From a virus, in IMG/VR virus record IMGVR_UViG_3300045256_000094: a DNA stretch of 64,000 nt; one strand, written 5' to 3'. Each line of letters begins with the position of its first letter. The first letter of the stretch is position 1. This document shows positions 47,985 through 56,655 of the stretch, in pieces. Below the pieces are notes generated by a model. It was not told the DNA's origin, ran no database searches, and worked only from the letters and a program-made list of their open reading frames with translations. The translations under genes and the position numbers were made by a program.

Positions 47985-48840
47985 CGAGTCTCCCTCCTAT
48001 CATGTGTTTATCCATCTGCCGTGTGAACACGGCCCGGAACTCCGGCGTCTGACACTGTGCATACGAGAACGCTATCTGCGGCTCGAAGCCAGGGAACACG
48101 TCTCGCACGACGCCGTGGTTAATCTCTTCCATCATCAGAGCATACAGCACCCGATTCGCCCGAATGGGCTGGGGCATACACCCTTGCAGCAAGTGAAGGT
48201 TCGTCTGACCCCTTACATCCGAGTGAATCATACCGTTGTGAGAAAATGGTTCTAACGGAATGCCCAGGTCGCCCATGTGCAACAGGTAGCAGATCATCGA
48301 CTCGTCGTTGTAGTAGTCGAGAGTCGTCACCCGCTTGACCGTCTCTTCCATCCCAGGGCGGTCGGCCATGAGACAGGCGGCTGCAACCTGCGACAACATA
48401 CTGAACGAGCGGTAGCCGCCGTCGAAGGTGAAGCACCCGTTGTTCACGAAGCAGCCCGTTCGGGCCATCCGCAACACAGAGAAGTCCCAATCCTCGGGCA
48501 CGCAACCCATCCAGAACAAGTCCGTGTCCATGTGGACGTACTTGCCCGGATGCAAGGCGGCGGACCGGAACAGGGTGATGATCCGAGAGAACACCAGTCG
48601 AGTGAGAGGCGGCAGGCTGTGATGGAAGTTGTACATCACAGCCGGGACAACCTGGAAGTCCAGCATCTTCGGATAGGACTTCCAATCACACCCGTTGAAG
48701 TCGTACACCACTACCGGAGCGTCGGTGTAGTTCCTCAGTGAAGCGATGGTCAGGATCGGGTTGCAATACGGATCGCTGACCGGGCAGGAACCCGGCACCG
48801 GCGAATAGTAGCTCGTCAGGTAGGTTATTGTTGACGGCAT
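47977..48840 (-). CDS. hypothetical protein
   Basis: 287-aa ORF. Confidence 0.5.
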   Translation of the reverse strand: MPSTITYLTSYYSPVPGSCPVSDPYCNPILTIASLRNYTDAPVVVYDFNGCDWKSYPKMLDFQVVPAVMYNFHHSLPPLTRLVFSRIITLFRSAALHPGKYVHMDTDLFWMGCVPEDWDFSVLRMARTGCFVNNGCFTFDGGYRSFSMLSQVAAACLMADRPGMEETVKRVTTLDYYNDESMICYLLHMGDLGIPLEPFSHNGMIHSDVRGQTNLHLLQGCMPQPIRANRVLYALMMEEINHGVVRDVFPGFEPQIAFSYAQCQTPEFRAVFTRQMDKHMIGGRLDV

Positions 48841-49058
48841 GCTTCTTCGTACTGCGGGTCAAGCTCTGCGTGCAGGGCGGCGATCTCTTCCTTCGTGAAC
48901 GGCGGCTTCCCGGCCTTCACACGGAAGTGGTTCATCCACTGAATCTGAACCCACGGGACGACCGGCATTGGTTTGGTCATACCGAGTTCGCCGCAGGGGT
49001 TGAGGGTTTGTTGTTCCATAATTCGCCGGGGCAGGATTCGAACCTGCATTTGCTCCAT
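48825..49058 (-). CDS. hypothetical protein
   Basis: 77-aa ORF. Confidence 0.35.
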   Translation of the reverse strand: MEQMQVRILPRRIMEQQTLNPCGELGMTKPMPVVPWVQIQWMNHFRVKAGKPPFTKEEIAALHAELDPQYEEACRQQ

Positions 49059-49100
49059 GTCTAAGAGCGTGCTGCACCTTTACACCATGACGCTCCACGA
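49024..49100 (-). ncRNA. tRNA-like element with canonical T-arm (GCAGG-UUCGAAU-CCUGC); the full cloverleaf could not be resolved by hand
   Basis: GGATTCGAACC signature on the plus strand. A second T-arm-like and D-arm-like motif lies at 49130-49200. Confidence 0.3.
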
Positions 49101-49207
49101 AACAACCGGGCTGCTATCCGGTTATCCCGCTTGCGTTGCCAGAATCGAACCAGCGTCTTCTCTCGGGAGCCTAGTGCTACCGTTGCACAACCCGGCTCTT
49201 GGAGTAT

Positions 49208-49248
49208 AACAAAAAAGACAGGGGAGGCAATCGCCTCCCCTGTCTTTT
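49208..49248. terminator. strong rho-independent terminator (12-bp GC-rich stem, T-runs on both strands)
   Basis: gacaggggaggc-aatc-gcctcccctgtc flanked by a6 and t4. Confidence 0.6.
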
Positions 49249-49262
49249 CAGCCCTTTGGGGT

Positions 49263-50105
49263 TTAGTCCAAAAAGGCGACGTGTCGCATTGCTGCGGCTT
49301 GGTTCTCGGTGTTCATCAGCACCCGGCACCACGTCGGCAGGACGATGGTGGCGTGGTCGGCGTGGCTGATCCGGCCCTTAGCGTAGACGTTGGCGTCACG
49401 GACCATGACCCGCCAGCCCGGAGCCTTCCGCTCCTTCTCGGACAACTTGTGGTAAGCCTTCGCCGAGATGCCAGTGGGGTGCTGGCCGTTGACGTAGACC
49501 GTCTCGCCGCCCGCCCGGTAGCAGAACTCCATCGTGTGCGGCTTGCTGCCACGGCCACGGGTCAGGGGTTCGTTCTTGAGGATCAGGGCTTCGTCCGGCT
49601 TCAGGTCCGGGGCGGGGACGAAGAACCACTCGCCCTGGCGTTGGTAGACTTCGTTCTTCCGCTTCAGAGCCTTCTCGGGCTTGAGGCCGCTCTTGGCGAG
49701 GAGTTCCTGAACAGCCTTCGGCTGGAGGGCTTCCTTCGCCCGGCGAACGTCGCCGACGCCGGTAGCCTTCTCCGGGATGGCTGCGACGAACCAGTGGCGT
49801 TCGTCGTGCCCGCACAGGAACTTGCTCTTGTTGACCTGCCCCCGCTCGTCCTCGGTCTTCACCAAGAGAAGCAGGTGACGGTCGTCAGGCTTGATGTCTA
49901 CGACATCGACCTGAGCGGGTTCGGTGTTGGCTGGGAACTGGATGTCGAAGTATTCCCCGTTCTTGTCGCTGCGCACATCGAGGCGGGGGACGCCGAACTG
50001 CTGCGGTTGGGTCGTGGTGAAACGACGGAACCGTGGTGGCGGGGCGGTGGTGATCTTCACCCGTGCGCCCATTTCCTCGAAGCGCTTGATGAGTACGTTA
50101 CTCAT
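49263..50105 (-). CDS. hypothetical protein
   Basis: 280-aa ORF. Confidence 0.5.
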   Translation of the reverse strand: MSNVLIKRFEEMGARVKITTAPPPRFRRFTTTQPQQFGVPRLDVRSDKNGEYFDIQFPANTEPAQVDVVDIKPDDRHLLLLVKTEDERGQVNKSKFLCGHDERHWFVAAIPEKATGVGDVRRAKEALQPKAVQELLAKSGLKPEKALKRKNEVYQRQGEWFFVPAPDLKPDEALILKNEPLTRGRGSKPHTMEFCYRAGGETVYVNGQHPTGISAKAYHKLSEKERKAPGWRVMVRDANVYAKGRISHADHATIVLPTWCRVLMNTENQAAAMRHVAFLD

Positions 50106-50279
50106 GTGGCACTTCCTTAACTTTTGTTAGACACTCTCTTCCACGCTGGGGTCGCTACTCCCGTTGTGGATTATTATCTATACACCACTCCCCGAAGTTT
50201 ATCAAGAGGGAAAATAGAAAAGCCCGCCGATTTCTCGGCGGGCTTCCTCCGTTAGTGAATGTGGGGTTGGCCGATCAGG

Positions 50280-50801
50280 TTACTTGTAGATCGGCACCAG
50301 TTGCCCGTTGATGAGGGCGTACCCCTGGAAGGTGAGGGTCTGGCCCTGCTGTTGCTGTTGCGGCATCGGCTGGCCCTGCTGGATCGCCGGTGCCGCCCCG
50401 GTCGCCGGGATCGCCGACGACTGGCCGGGCGTCGTGCTGGACGACGGCGGCAGGGTGATGGTGGGCTGAGCGGCCGGGAACTGGATCGGCTGCTGCCAGT
50501 TCGGCTGCCAGCCAGCGATGGCGGGCTGCTGGAAGGACTGCGGGAACTGCTGGAAGGCGAACCCCGCCTGCTGGCACTCGGCACAGTTGCTCGCCGGGCT
50601 GGTGCTGATGAACCCGGTGGAGGCGTAGCCGCCACTGCACCCGCTGTTACACCCGGCGGAAGCGTAGCTCCCGCTGCACCCGGAGGAGGCGACGGCGTGC
50701 CCGCCACCGCACCCGCCCTTGCGACGACCCCCGAAGGCCGAAGCGTCCGCCGCCAGAACACCCGCCAGCCCCAGGGCCAGCATCAGTCGGAACTGCATCA
50801 C
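50280..50801 (-). CDS. secreted Gly/Cys/Ser- and Gln/Pro-rich protein
   Basis: Signal peptide MMQFRLMLALGLAGVLAADASA followed by low-complexity repeats. Confidence 0.5.
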   Translation of the reverse strand: MMQFRLMLALGLAGVLAADASAFGGRRKGGCGGGHAVASSGCSGSYASAGCNSGCSGGYASTGFISTSPASNCAECQQAGFAFQQFPQSFQQPAIAGWQPNWQQPIQFPAAQPTITLPPSSSTTPGQSSAIPATGAAPAIQQGQPMPQQQQQGQTLTFQGYALINGQLVPIYK

Positions 50802-50907
50802 GAACCCTCCTGAGATTCACGGCCAGCCGCCTGCTTGACGACCGGGACCACACTGAAGTGGACAGGGAGAGTAATACCGACGCCCTGGCGGGGTGTCAAC
50901 CTTTTTT

Positions 50908-51114
50908 TCAGATTGCGGGTGAATCGGGGATTAGCTCGGCGTACAGCGTCTCGAAGAACTCAGCGTCCATCGCCTTCGGCAGCGGAGGTTGGCTTTGTAG
51001 CTCCTGGGACATCTCCCGAAAACAATTGTCGCACATCCCGTGCGTCACCGCCGTGTTCTCAAGCGGTTCCTTCTGTCCCTGGTGGCTGTTGCACCACGCA
51101 CACATCACGATCAT
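50908..51114 (-). CDS. small zinc-ribbon protein
   Basis: MIVMCAWCNSH...THGMCDNCF; the ORF-track upstream part is a low-complexity alternate frame. Confidence 0.35.
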   Translation of the reverse strand: MIVMCAWCNSHQGQKEPLENTAVTHGMCDNCFREMSQELQSQPPLPKAMDAEFFETLYAELIPDSPAI

Positions 51115-51424
51115 TGGGCGTACCCTCCTGCCGATGCACCCAATAGTGGGCGCACCGTGCTGCGAATGCCTCGAAGTAAGCTTGGGGATCAGTCCCGAAC
51201 TCGGGGAAGCGGCCTGCCTCCAAACAACTTCTAGCATACAATCCGCAGTTGTGGAAAAATTCCACGGAATTCGGGAGGGCTTTCTTCGACTGGTCGCCTT
51301 CCGGCAGCGTCGAGTACAACTCGTGGTCATCGACCCAGCAGCGGCCGTGGCCCTCTTCGAGCATGTGTAAACGAATCCGACCCCGGAGGCGTCTGGCCTC
51401 ATCAGCCAGTTGCTCCGGGGTCAT
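51059..51424 (-). CDS. hypothetical protein
   Basis: MTPEQLADEARRLRGRIRLHMLEEGHGRCW... Confidence 0.4.
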   Translation of the reverse strand: MTPEQLADEARRLRGRIRLHMLEEGHGRCWVDDHELYSTLPEGDQSKKALPNSVEFFHNCGLYARSCLEAGRFPEFGTDPQAYFEAFAARCAHYWVHRQEGTPNDRDVCVVQQPPGTEGTA

Positions 51425-51447
51425 CGTGTCCAGATCGGTGTCCTGGT

Positions 51448-51957
51448 TCACTTTTTGTCCTTCTCTTCTTCGGATGTGAACGAGCGTTTGAGGCCACGCC
51501 ACAAGCCCTGGCCGAGATCGCCCCCGGCCTCGCCGATGCCTTCACCCGCCTTCTTCCAGTCGAGCTTGACGTGGCGGGTTGCGGTGATGTCGTCCTTCGT
51601 GTTGGGCTTGCCGTCCGGCCCACACGAGATGATGGTCATCGACTTCATGAAGCCGTCGTTGTACTTGACCATCAGGTCGTTGCCCCACGGGTCGGCCCGG
51701 TGGAGGGCTTCCGCCAGCCCCTCCTCGGGACAACTCCTGCACTCCTCGACCATCTCCTTCGCCTGCTTGACCTTCTCCTTCTCCAGCCTGATCTGTTCCT
51801 GCCGCTCGTTGTACTCCCGGTTCAGGGCACAGCCACCGTAACCGATCAGACCGGCGACAACCAACATGATGACGAAGATCACAAAAGGCCCGGCGGGGTC
51901 GTTACGTCGCATGTCATCCTCCTTATCGGTCACGGTCGTCGTAGTCGTATCGCTCAT
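51448..51957 (-). CDS. membrane-anchored hypothetical protein
   Basis: TM segment PFVIFVIMLVVAGLIGYGG. Confidence 0.45.
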   Translation of the reverse strand: MSDTTTTTVTDKEDDMRRNDPAGPFVIFVIMLVVAGLIGYGGCALNREYNERQEQIRLEKEKVKQAKEMVEECRSCPEEGLAEALHRADPWGNDLMVKYNDGFMKSMTIISCGPDGKPNTKDDITATRHVKLDWKKAGEGIGEAGGDLGQGLWRGLKRSFTSEEEKDKK

Positions 51958-52123
51958 TGTACCCGTCGTCGTCGCCGGTGTAATGTCGGCTCGGGACGTA
52001 GTTGGGGCGGTAGGTCTGTAGGTCAGTTACCTGACGGCGAAGCGACGTGTTCTCGCTACGCAGCTTCGTGTTTTCGGCACGGAGTTCAGCGTTTTCCTTC
52101 TGCAATTGTTCCAGTTCGGTCAT
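51923..52123 (-). CDS. small coiled-coil protein
   Basis: MTELEQLQKENAELRAENTKLRSENTSLRRQVTDLQ. Confidence 0.4.
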   Translation of the reverse strand: MTELEQLQKENAELRAENTKLRSENTSLRRQVTDLQTYRPNYVPSRHYTGDDDGYNERYDYDDRDR

Positions 52124-52189
52124 GTTATCCCCTTAATGCGGATAGATAAGACATCTATGATCTAAATCAATACTCCCAGGAGGCCCGCT

Positions 52190-52612
52190 ATGGTGAAGAG
52201 ACTTCTCCGGTTCTGTGAATCGTTCGCCAAGAAAACAACTCATTGGGCCGGGAGTAGTCTAGCGTTCCTGCTGGCGATTCTGGTCATCTTACTCTGGATC
52301 GTCACTGGCCCACTCTTCGGATTCTCAGACACATGGCAACTGGTGATTAACACCGGCACCACCATCGTGACCTTCCTGATGGTATTCCTTATTCAACGCA
52401 CGCAGAACAAAGACTCCATCGCCCTCCAGCTAAAGCTTAACGAATTGCTGGCCGCTCATCAAGGGGCGAGCAACCGATTGCTGAACATCGAAGAGTTGTC
52501 GGAAGAGGAGATTATGGCGTTGCAGAAGAAGTATCACAAGCTGGCAGACAAGATCAAGGCCGATGACAATCCGCACCGGGCCTTCACTGTTGACGAAGTG
52601 GACGACGACTGA
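52190..52612 (+). CDS. low-affinity iron permease (Fet4-like) family membrane protein
   Basis: FSDTWQLVINTGTTIVTFLMVFLIQRTQNKDS. Confidence 0.58.
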   Translation: MVKRLLRFCESFAKKTTHWAGSSLAFLLAILVILLWIVTGPLFGFSDTWQLVINTGTTIVTFLMVFLIQRTQNKDSIALQLKLNELLAAHQGASNRLLNIEELSEEEIMALQKKYHKLADKIKADDNPHRAFTVDEVDDD

Positions 52613-52747
52613 ACCGCTTCTTCCACAACCGATCCAGTAGTTTGATCCAGAGGCGGGCACACCGCTGGCTACAGAGAGGTTTCAACGTCCCGTCTGTGTC
52701 GTAAAACCCCCAGACGGGACGGTTTCGTTTACACCAACTGCATCTCA

Positions 52748-53119
52748 TCATAGGAGCTTCAAGCTCCCCGTGATCTTGTCGATCTTCCCCGCCGGAGCCG
52801 GACCGATGGCGAGGCAGGTCTTGGTGGGCACTCCGTTGAACTCAGTACGCCCGCTGTCCGTAATCATGTGGACGGTGAGCATGGCGTCCTTCGCCTTCTG
52901 GAAGATGTCGAGCAGTTCTTCCTCGGAGTCGCAGCGGACGCAAATCTTGGCGTAGCCCGATTCGGTCCACTCGACTTCTTCCTTCGTGAGCTTCTGCCCG
53001 TTGAGGAGTTTCTGCATCAAAAACGCACCGGAGGCGTGCGAACCCTGGGCGACCATCTTGCCCTTGCGCATGTTCAGGTCGTTACGCATCACGATGACTT
53101 GCTTCACGTCGTCCATCAC
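52748..53119 (-). CDS. peptidyl-tRNA hydrolase, PTH2 family
   Basis: KMVAQGSHASGAF...KICVRCDSEEELL...DSGRTEF...TCLAIGPAPAGKIDKITGSLKLL. Confidence 0.8.
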   Translation of the reverse strand: MMDDVKQVIVMRNDLNMRKGKMVAQGSHASGAFLMQKLLNGQKLTKEEVEWTESGYAKICVRCDSEEELLDIFQKAKDAMLTVHMITDSGRTEFNGVPTKTCLAIGPAPAGKIDKITGSLKLL

Positions 53120-53412
53120 TTCTCCACTTTCGTGACTTTACCGAAGATAGTCTTCGTCCAGCCGTTGACGTGCCCCTTGTTGTTGCTGATCTGCCACCGC
53201 TGGCCGTCTTTGGCGGTAATCAGATGGAGGTAGTAGGTGCCGTGGACTTTGCACAGCACCACGTCGCCTACCTCTAGCGTCTCGGGAGCGACGGGCTGGA
53301 CAGTTACCAGATCACCGTCGTCCACTTTCCCTGTCATCGAGTTGCCTCTAGGCCGAAACTGGACGGTTTCGCCTTTCTGCAACTTCTCAACATGCGGCTT
53401 TGCCCAACTCAC
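53116..53412 (-). CDS. S24-like peptidase-domain protein (LexA/UmuD-type fold)
   Basis: FRPRGNSMTGKVDDGDLVTV. Confidence 0.45.
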   Translation of the reverse strand: MSWAKPHVEKLQKGETVQFRPRGNSMTGKVDDGDLVTVQPVAPETLEVGDVVLCKVHGTYYLHLITAKDGQRWQISNNKGHVNGWTKTIFGKVTKVEK

Positions 53413-53617
53413 ACTTCACCGCCATGAACGGGTTAACGATCTGCATGCCCTCGGCCTGCTTCTCTGCCTTCTCTTCGCCCGCCCGCTCGATCTCCCTCCG
53501 GGAGTGGAACGGACAGCAGTGCAACGACCAGTCGAGGCAGACGCCGTAGAACACGCCTTCCCCTGATACTACCTTGACGGCTTTGCAATTACAACCGGGA
53601 ATTTCGCAGCTTGGCAT
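53387..53617 (-). CDS. Cys-rich small protein
   Basis: 76-aa ORF. Confidence 0.4.
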   Translation of the reverse strand: MPSCEIPGCNCKAVKVVSGEGVFYGVCLDWSLHCCPFHSRREIERAGEEKAEKQAEGMQIVNPFMAVKCELGKAAC

Positions 53618-53985
53618 TAGAAACCCTCCTGTCTCCAGTTAACGCCCGTTTCCCCACGAATCAGGCGACAAGAGTATGTACGTTGATGCTGTGCGTCTTC
53701 GAGGAAAGGATAGAGCTTCCGGCAGTGAATCCACAACATGACGGGAGTGCCGAACAGGTAGAGGACAGGAATTGCAATACCGGCCAGGATCGTCTCGAAG
53801 ATATCCCCGGCGTCGGCCTTCCTCATGCAGAAATCAAAGGTGCGAACGAAGACGTGTTTCCTGATCGCCAGGACGCACTTGTCGATGAAGTTGGGTTTCA
53901 TGGTTGTCCCCCACGCCGGGCGGGTCGGGCAACCCCTGTCCGACCCCATAAGGACAATGCCTGCAACCATTGCGGCAGCAGGCAT
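53617..53985 (-). CDS. hypothetical protein ending ...ETGVNWRQEGF
   Basis: Member of the WxxEGF group; the likely start is the internal MKPNFIDK. Confidence 0.45.
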   Translation of the reverse strand: MPAAAMVAGIVLMGSDRGCPTRPAWGTTMKPNFIDKCVLAIRKHVFVRTFDFCMRKADAGDIFETILAGIAIPVLYLFGTPVMLWIHCRKLYPFLEDAQHQRTYSCRLIRGETGVNWRQEGF

Positions 53986-54064
53986 TGCGGTTTCTCAAGA
54001 ACAACGTGGTTAGGACGAACCGGCCGTTCTCTTGGTAATAATCTCGTCCCTCTTGTAACATGAG

Positions 54065-54155
54065 TCGGGGTGTCGGGATTCGAACCCGATCCGGTGGGTT
54101 AATCGGACCCTATACCGATTATAAGTCGGCCCGTTCTGCCAGTAACTCCACCCCG
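54065..54155 (-). tRNA. class II-like tRNA (91 nt, long variable region); anticodon loop CUUAUAA, so the anticodon is possibly UAU and the identity is uncertain
   Basis: Acceptor CGGGGUG/CACCCCG (7/7 pairs), 3-bp D-stem GUU/AAC, T-arm UCGGG-UUCGAAU-CCCGA. Confidence 0.5.
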
Positions 54156-54354
54156 CCTTTCACCAACGGCAAGCGACGACCCACTTGCCGCCCTGTACCG
54201 CTATCGGGTCTTCCACCCACTTGAACAAGATGTACCGCTCGTTTGGCGGCTGCGTGACTGCGGACACATACTTGTCGTTGTAGTTGAGCAGGTGGTATCC
54301 CGCAGCAACGATCTCGTCAACTCGGTGGTACATGAGCTATCTATGCTGCTCGTT

Positions 54355-54534
54355 TTATTCCCACGGCCAGTTGAACTTCACCGGGGAGTCCTTCGGAGGC
54401 CAGCCACGCAGCCAGACGGTCGCATAGAACACCGTCTGCTGGAACAACACGAACAGCCCGGCCAGGACGATGAGGAAGAAAAGTCCCTGACCGAAGTGGT
54501 CCCACTTTGCTGCGATGCTCCAGAACTCTTGCAT
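54355..54534 (-). CDS. small membrane protein (not in the ORF track; 59 aa)
   Basis: GGAGG ribosome-binding site 6 nt before the ATG; MQEFWSIAAKWDHFGQGLFFLIVLAGLFVLF. Confidence 0.4.
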   Translation of the reverse strand: MQEFWSIAAKWDHFGQGLFFLIVLAGLFVLFQQTVFYATVWLRGWPPKDSPVKFNWPWE

Positions 54535-54557
54535 GATTGGCCTCCGAGGGTTGTGTT

Positions 54558-54691
54558 ACTTCTTCTTGGCCGGGGCTGCCTTCTTGGCCGGAGCCTTCTT
54601 TGCAGGAGCAGCCTTCTTGGCCGGGGTTGCCTTTTTGGGAGCGGCCTTCTTAGCCGGTGCGGCCTTAGCCGGAGCTTTCTTAGTTGCCATG
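54558..54691 (-). CDS. small basic Lys/Ala/Pro-repeat protein (histone H1-like or AlgP-like KKAAPA repeats; 44 aa, not in the ORF track)
   Basis: MATKKAPAKAAPAKKAAPKKATPAKKAAPAKKAPAKKAAPAKKK, with an AAGGA ribosome-binding site upstream. Confidence 0.45.
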
Positions 54692-54759
54692 ATACAAATC
54701 CTTTCTTTTAGAAACAAGCACCATACTTGTTGATAAAGAAAAGATAGTAACTCCTGTGG

Positions 54760-55134
54760 TCATTTTCTACTAACTGTCAGTTTTCCTTCACGAATATCGA
54801 GCAACATCTGCGCTTCCTGCTCGGTGATTCGGTATTCGAGCAGGTAGTGGTTGAAGTCGAGAACCTTCTTCGCCCCACGCTTGATGTCGCTCAACAGCTT
54901 CTCGTCCTCTGCCGAGATCACCGTGCCGCCCTGCGTCACCGTGGGCGGCTTCGGCTGCTCCTCGTAGAAGGAGATGTCATCCTCTCGGATGTAGCTGTGG
55001 TTGAGGACTCGTGCCCCGCTGATGAGACTGTGGACGGCTTCCTGGCGGGACTTCTCCCTCCACCGCTCCGTGCCGTCTTGGATACGGCACTCGACGAGCC
55101 ATTCGCCGTTCTGCAACTTGGTGATGCTGTACAT
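54760..55134 (-). CDS. hypothetical protein
   Basis: 124-aa ORF. Confidence 0.45.
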   Translation of the reverse strand: MYSITKLQNGEWLVECRIQDGTERWREKSRQEAVHSLISGARVLNHSYIREDDISFYEEQPKPPTVTQGGTVISAEDEKLLSDIKRGAKKVLDFNHYLLEYRITEQEAQMLLDIREGKLTVSRK

Positions 55135-55152
55135 TCCTGTCCTCCTTGACAG

Positions 55153-55467
55153 TCATGCTGTGTACTTGAGGCCGACAACTCCGCTGAGGATCATGGTCAG
55201 GAACAACACCCGGCCCACGGTGAACGGCTCGGCGAACAAGATGATGCCGAGCAGTGCGGTCCCGACGGCCCCGATCCCCGTCCACACGACGTACCCCGTT
55301 CCAACGGGGATCGTCTTGATTGCCATCGCCAGGAAGGTGAAGCTGATGCCCATCCCGACGAGCGTGGCGATGCTCCACTTGAGTTTAGTGAAGCCGTCCG
55401 AGTGCTTCAGACAGATCGCCCAGATGATTTCAAATGCGGCTGCGATAAACAAATAGACCCAGGCCAT
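55153..55467 (-). CDS. SMR-family transporter (SugE/Gdx-like)
   Basis: Four TM segments; GYVVWTGIGAVGTALLGIILFAEP. Confidence 0.75.
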   Translation of the reverse strand: MAWVYLFIAAAFEIIWAICLKHSDGFTKLKWSIATLVGMGISFTFLAMAIKTIPVGTGYVVWTGIGAVGTALLGIILFAEPFTVGRVLFLTMILSGVVGLKYTA

Positions 55468-55543
55468 TTCGCCCTCCGGTGTACCTATTACCGGGTCGTC
55501 CCGGTTAGAGATATACCGACGGGTCGTCCCAGCCGGTTATTCG

Positions 55544-56095
55544 TCAGACTTGCACGACAACGTATGTGTCGGCGACTTCCAAGCCCATCCTCTCGTCGAA
55601 CCCGTCAACGCTCTCCACGTCGGCAATGAGTTCAAGTTCTTGTAGTATTTCTAATGCCAGTTCGGCGTCGGTCCCAGGCTTGGGATTGTATTTACCCAAG
55701 CCGCTCGAAGTTACACTTTCAAAAGACACAGGAATGAACTGGAATTTGTTTTTTCCTGCGGCCACAGCGTCTTCGAGCAGCTTGGGCAACTTGCTGAACC
55801 ACTCGTCCAGCATCTTCTTCCGTCGTTCCGATTTCAGAGCCGCCGCCTTTTCCTGGTTGCGACGGATCGTTTCTTGCTGCCGCTCGTGGCCCTTGTCACG
55901 AGCTTCATCCAAGCTCCGCAGCATGGATGCCTTCCACGCCGAATCCTTCAGATCGTGTCCGATGCCCATGTCGTCCTCCTTGACCTTCTTTTTACGCTTG
56001 CCGTAGTTGGTGGCCTTCGCAGCCGACTGGTCGAAGGGTCCACCGATGTAGCCAGCGTGGGTCATGTACCGAAAGTATTGGTCGTCCTGACTCAT
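55544..56095 (-). CDS. hypothetical protein
   Basis: 183-aa ORF. Confidence 0.45.
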   Translation of the reverse strand: MSQDDQYFRYMTHAGYIGGPFDQSAAKATNYGKRKKKVKEDDMGIGHDLKDSAWKASMLRSLDEARDKGHERQQETIRRNQEKAAALKSERRKKMLDEWFSKLPKLLEDAVAAGKNKFQFIPVSFESVTSSGLGKYNPKPGTDAELALEILQELELIADVESVDGFDERMGLEVADTYVVVQV

Positions 56096-56097
56096 AC

Positions 56098-56604
56098 TTA
56101 GTTTTTACCGACTTTCGTCTCCAAACGCAAGATGCGTTCCTTCAGGTCGGAGTTTTCTTTCTTCAGGTCGTTGATCTCCTTCTCCAACTTCTCGATGGTC
56201 GCCTTCGTCGTCTTGGTGTTCTCCTCGCTGTAGGTCTGCCGCTCCTTCAGGCCGACTTCCAGCAGGGCGATCTTCTCCTTGTGGAGCTTCAGGAGTTCGT
56301 CGTTGGCCTTGACCAGCTTGTCCAGGTCGTTGTACCGCTCCTTGCCGGAGTCACGGGCCTGGGTCATCATGGCGAGCCGTTCACGAATCTGAACGTTCTC
56401 TTCCTTCATCTGGGTCAACGTGGTCGTGATCTCAGCACGAAACGTGGAGATGTTGTTTGTTAAGCTGTTAAGGATGACGGCCAGCAAAAGTGTGGTGAGG
56501 CCGATCAACGCACCGCCGAACAGCTTCCAGAACCACGGAGAGCCTTCGATGTGTTGCTGCGTTACTACTTGTTGTGCTTTGACTTCTTCTTCTTTGTCAG
56601 ACAT
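56098..56604 (-). CDS. N-terminal TM plus long coiled-coil protein (i-spanin-like topology)
   Basis: TM segment WFWKLFGGALIGLTTLLLAVIL followed by a heptad-rich C-terminal region. Confidence 0.4.
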   Translation of the reverse strand: MSDKEEEVKAQQVVTQQHIEGSPWFWKLFGGALIGLTTLLLAVILNSLTNNISTFRAEITTTLTQMKEENVQIRERLAMMTQARDSGKERYNDLDKLVKANDELLKLHKEKIALLEVGLKERQTYSEENTKTTKATIEKLEKEINDLKKENSDLKERILRLETKVGKN

Positions 56605-56655
56605 GTTTACCCCCTCTAGCGGTATGTATCGCTAGTAGGGGGAAACATCATGATT

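Noticed and set aside
49130-49200. A second stand-alone tRNA in the 49-kb tRNA-like cluster
   Set aside because: The T-stem CUGG/CUGG is not complementary, and no acceptor pairing could be found for a separate 73-90-nt molecule. It was kept only as part of the unresolved tRNA-like region.
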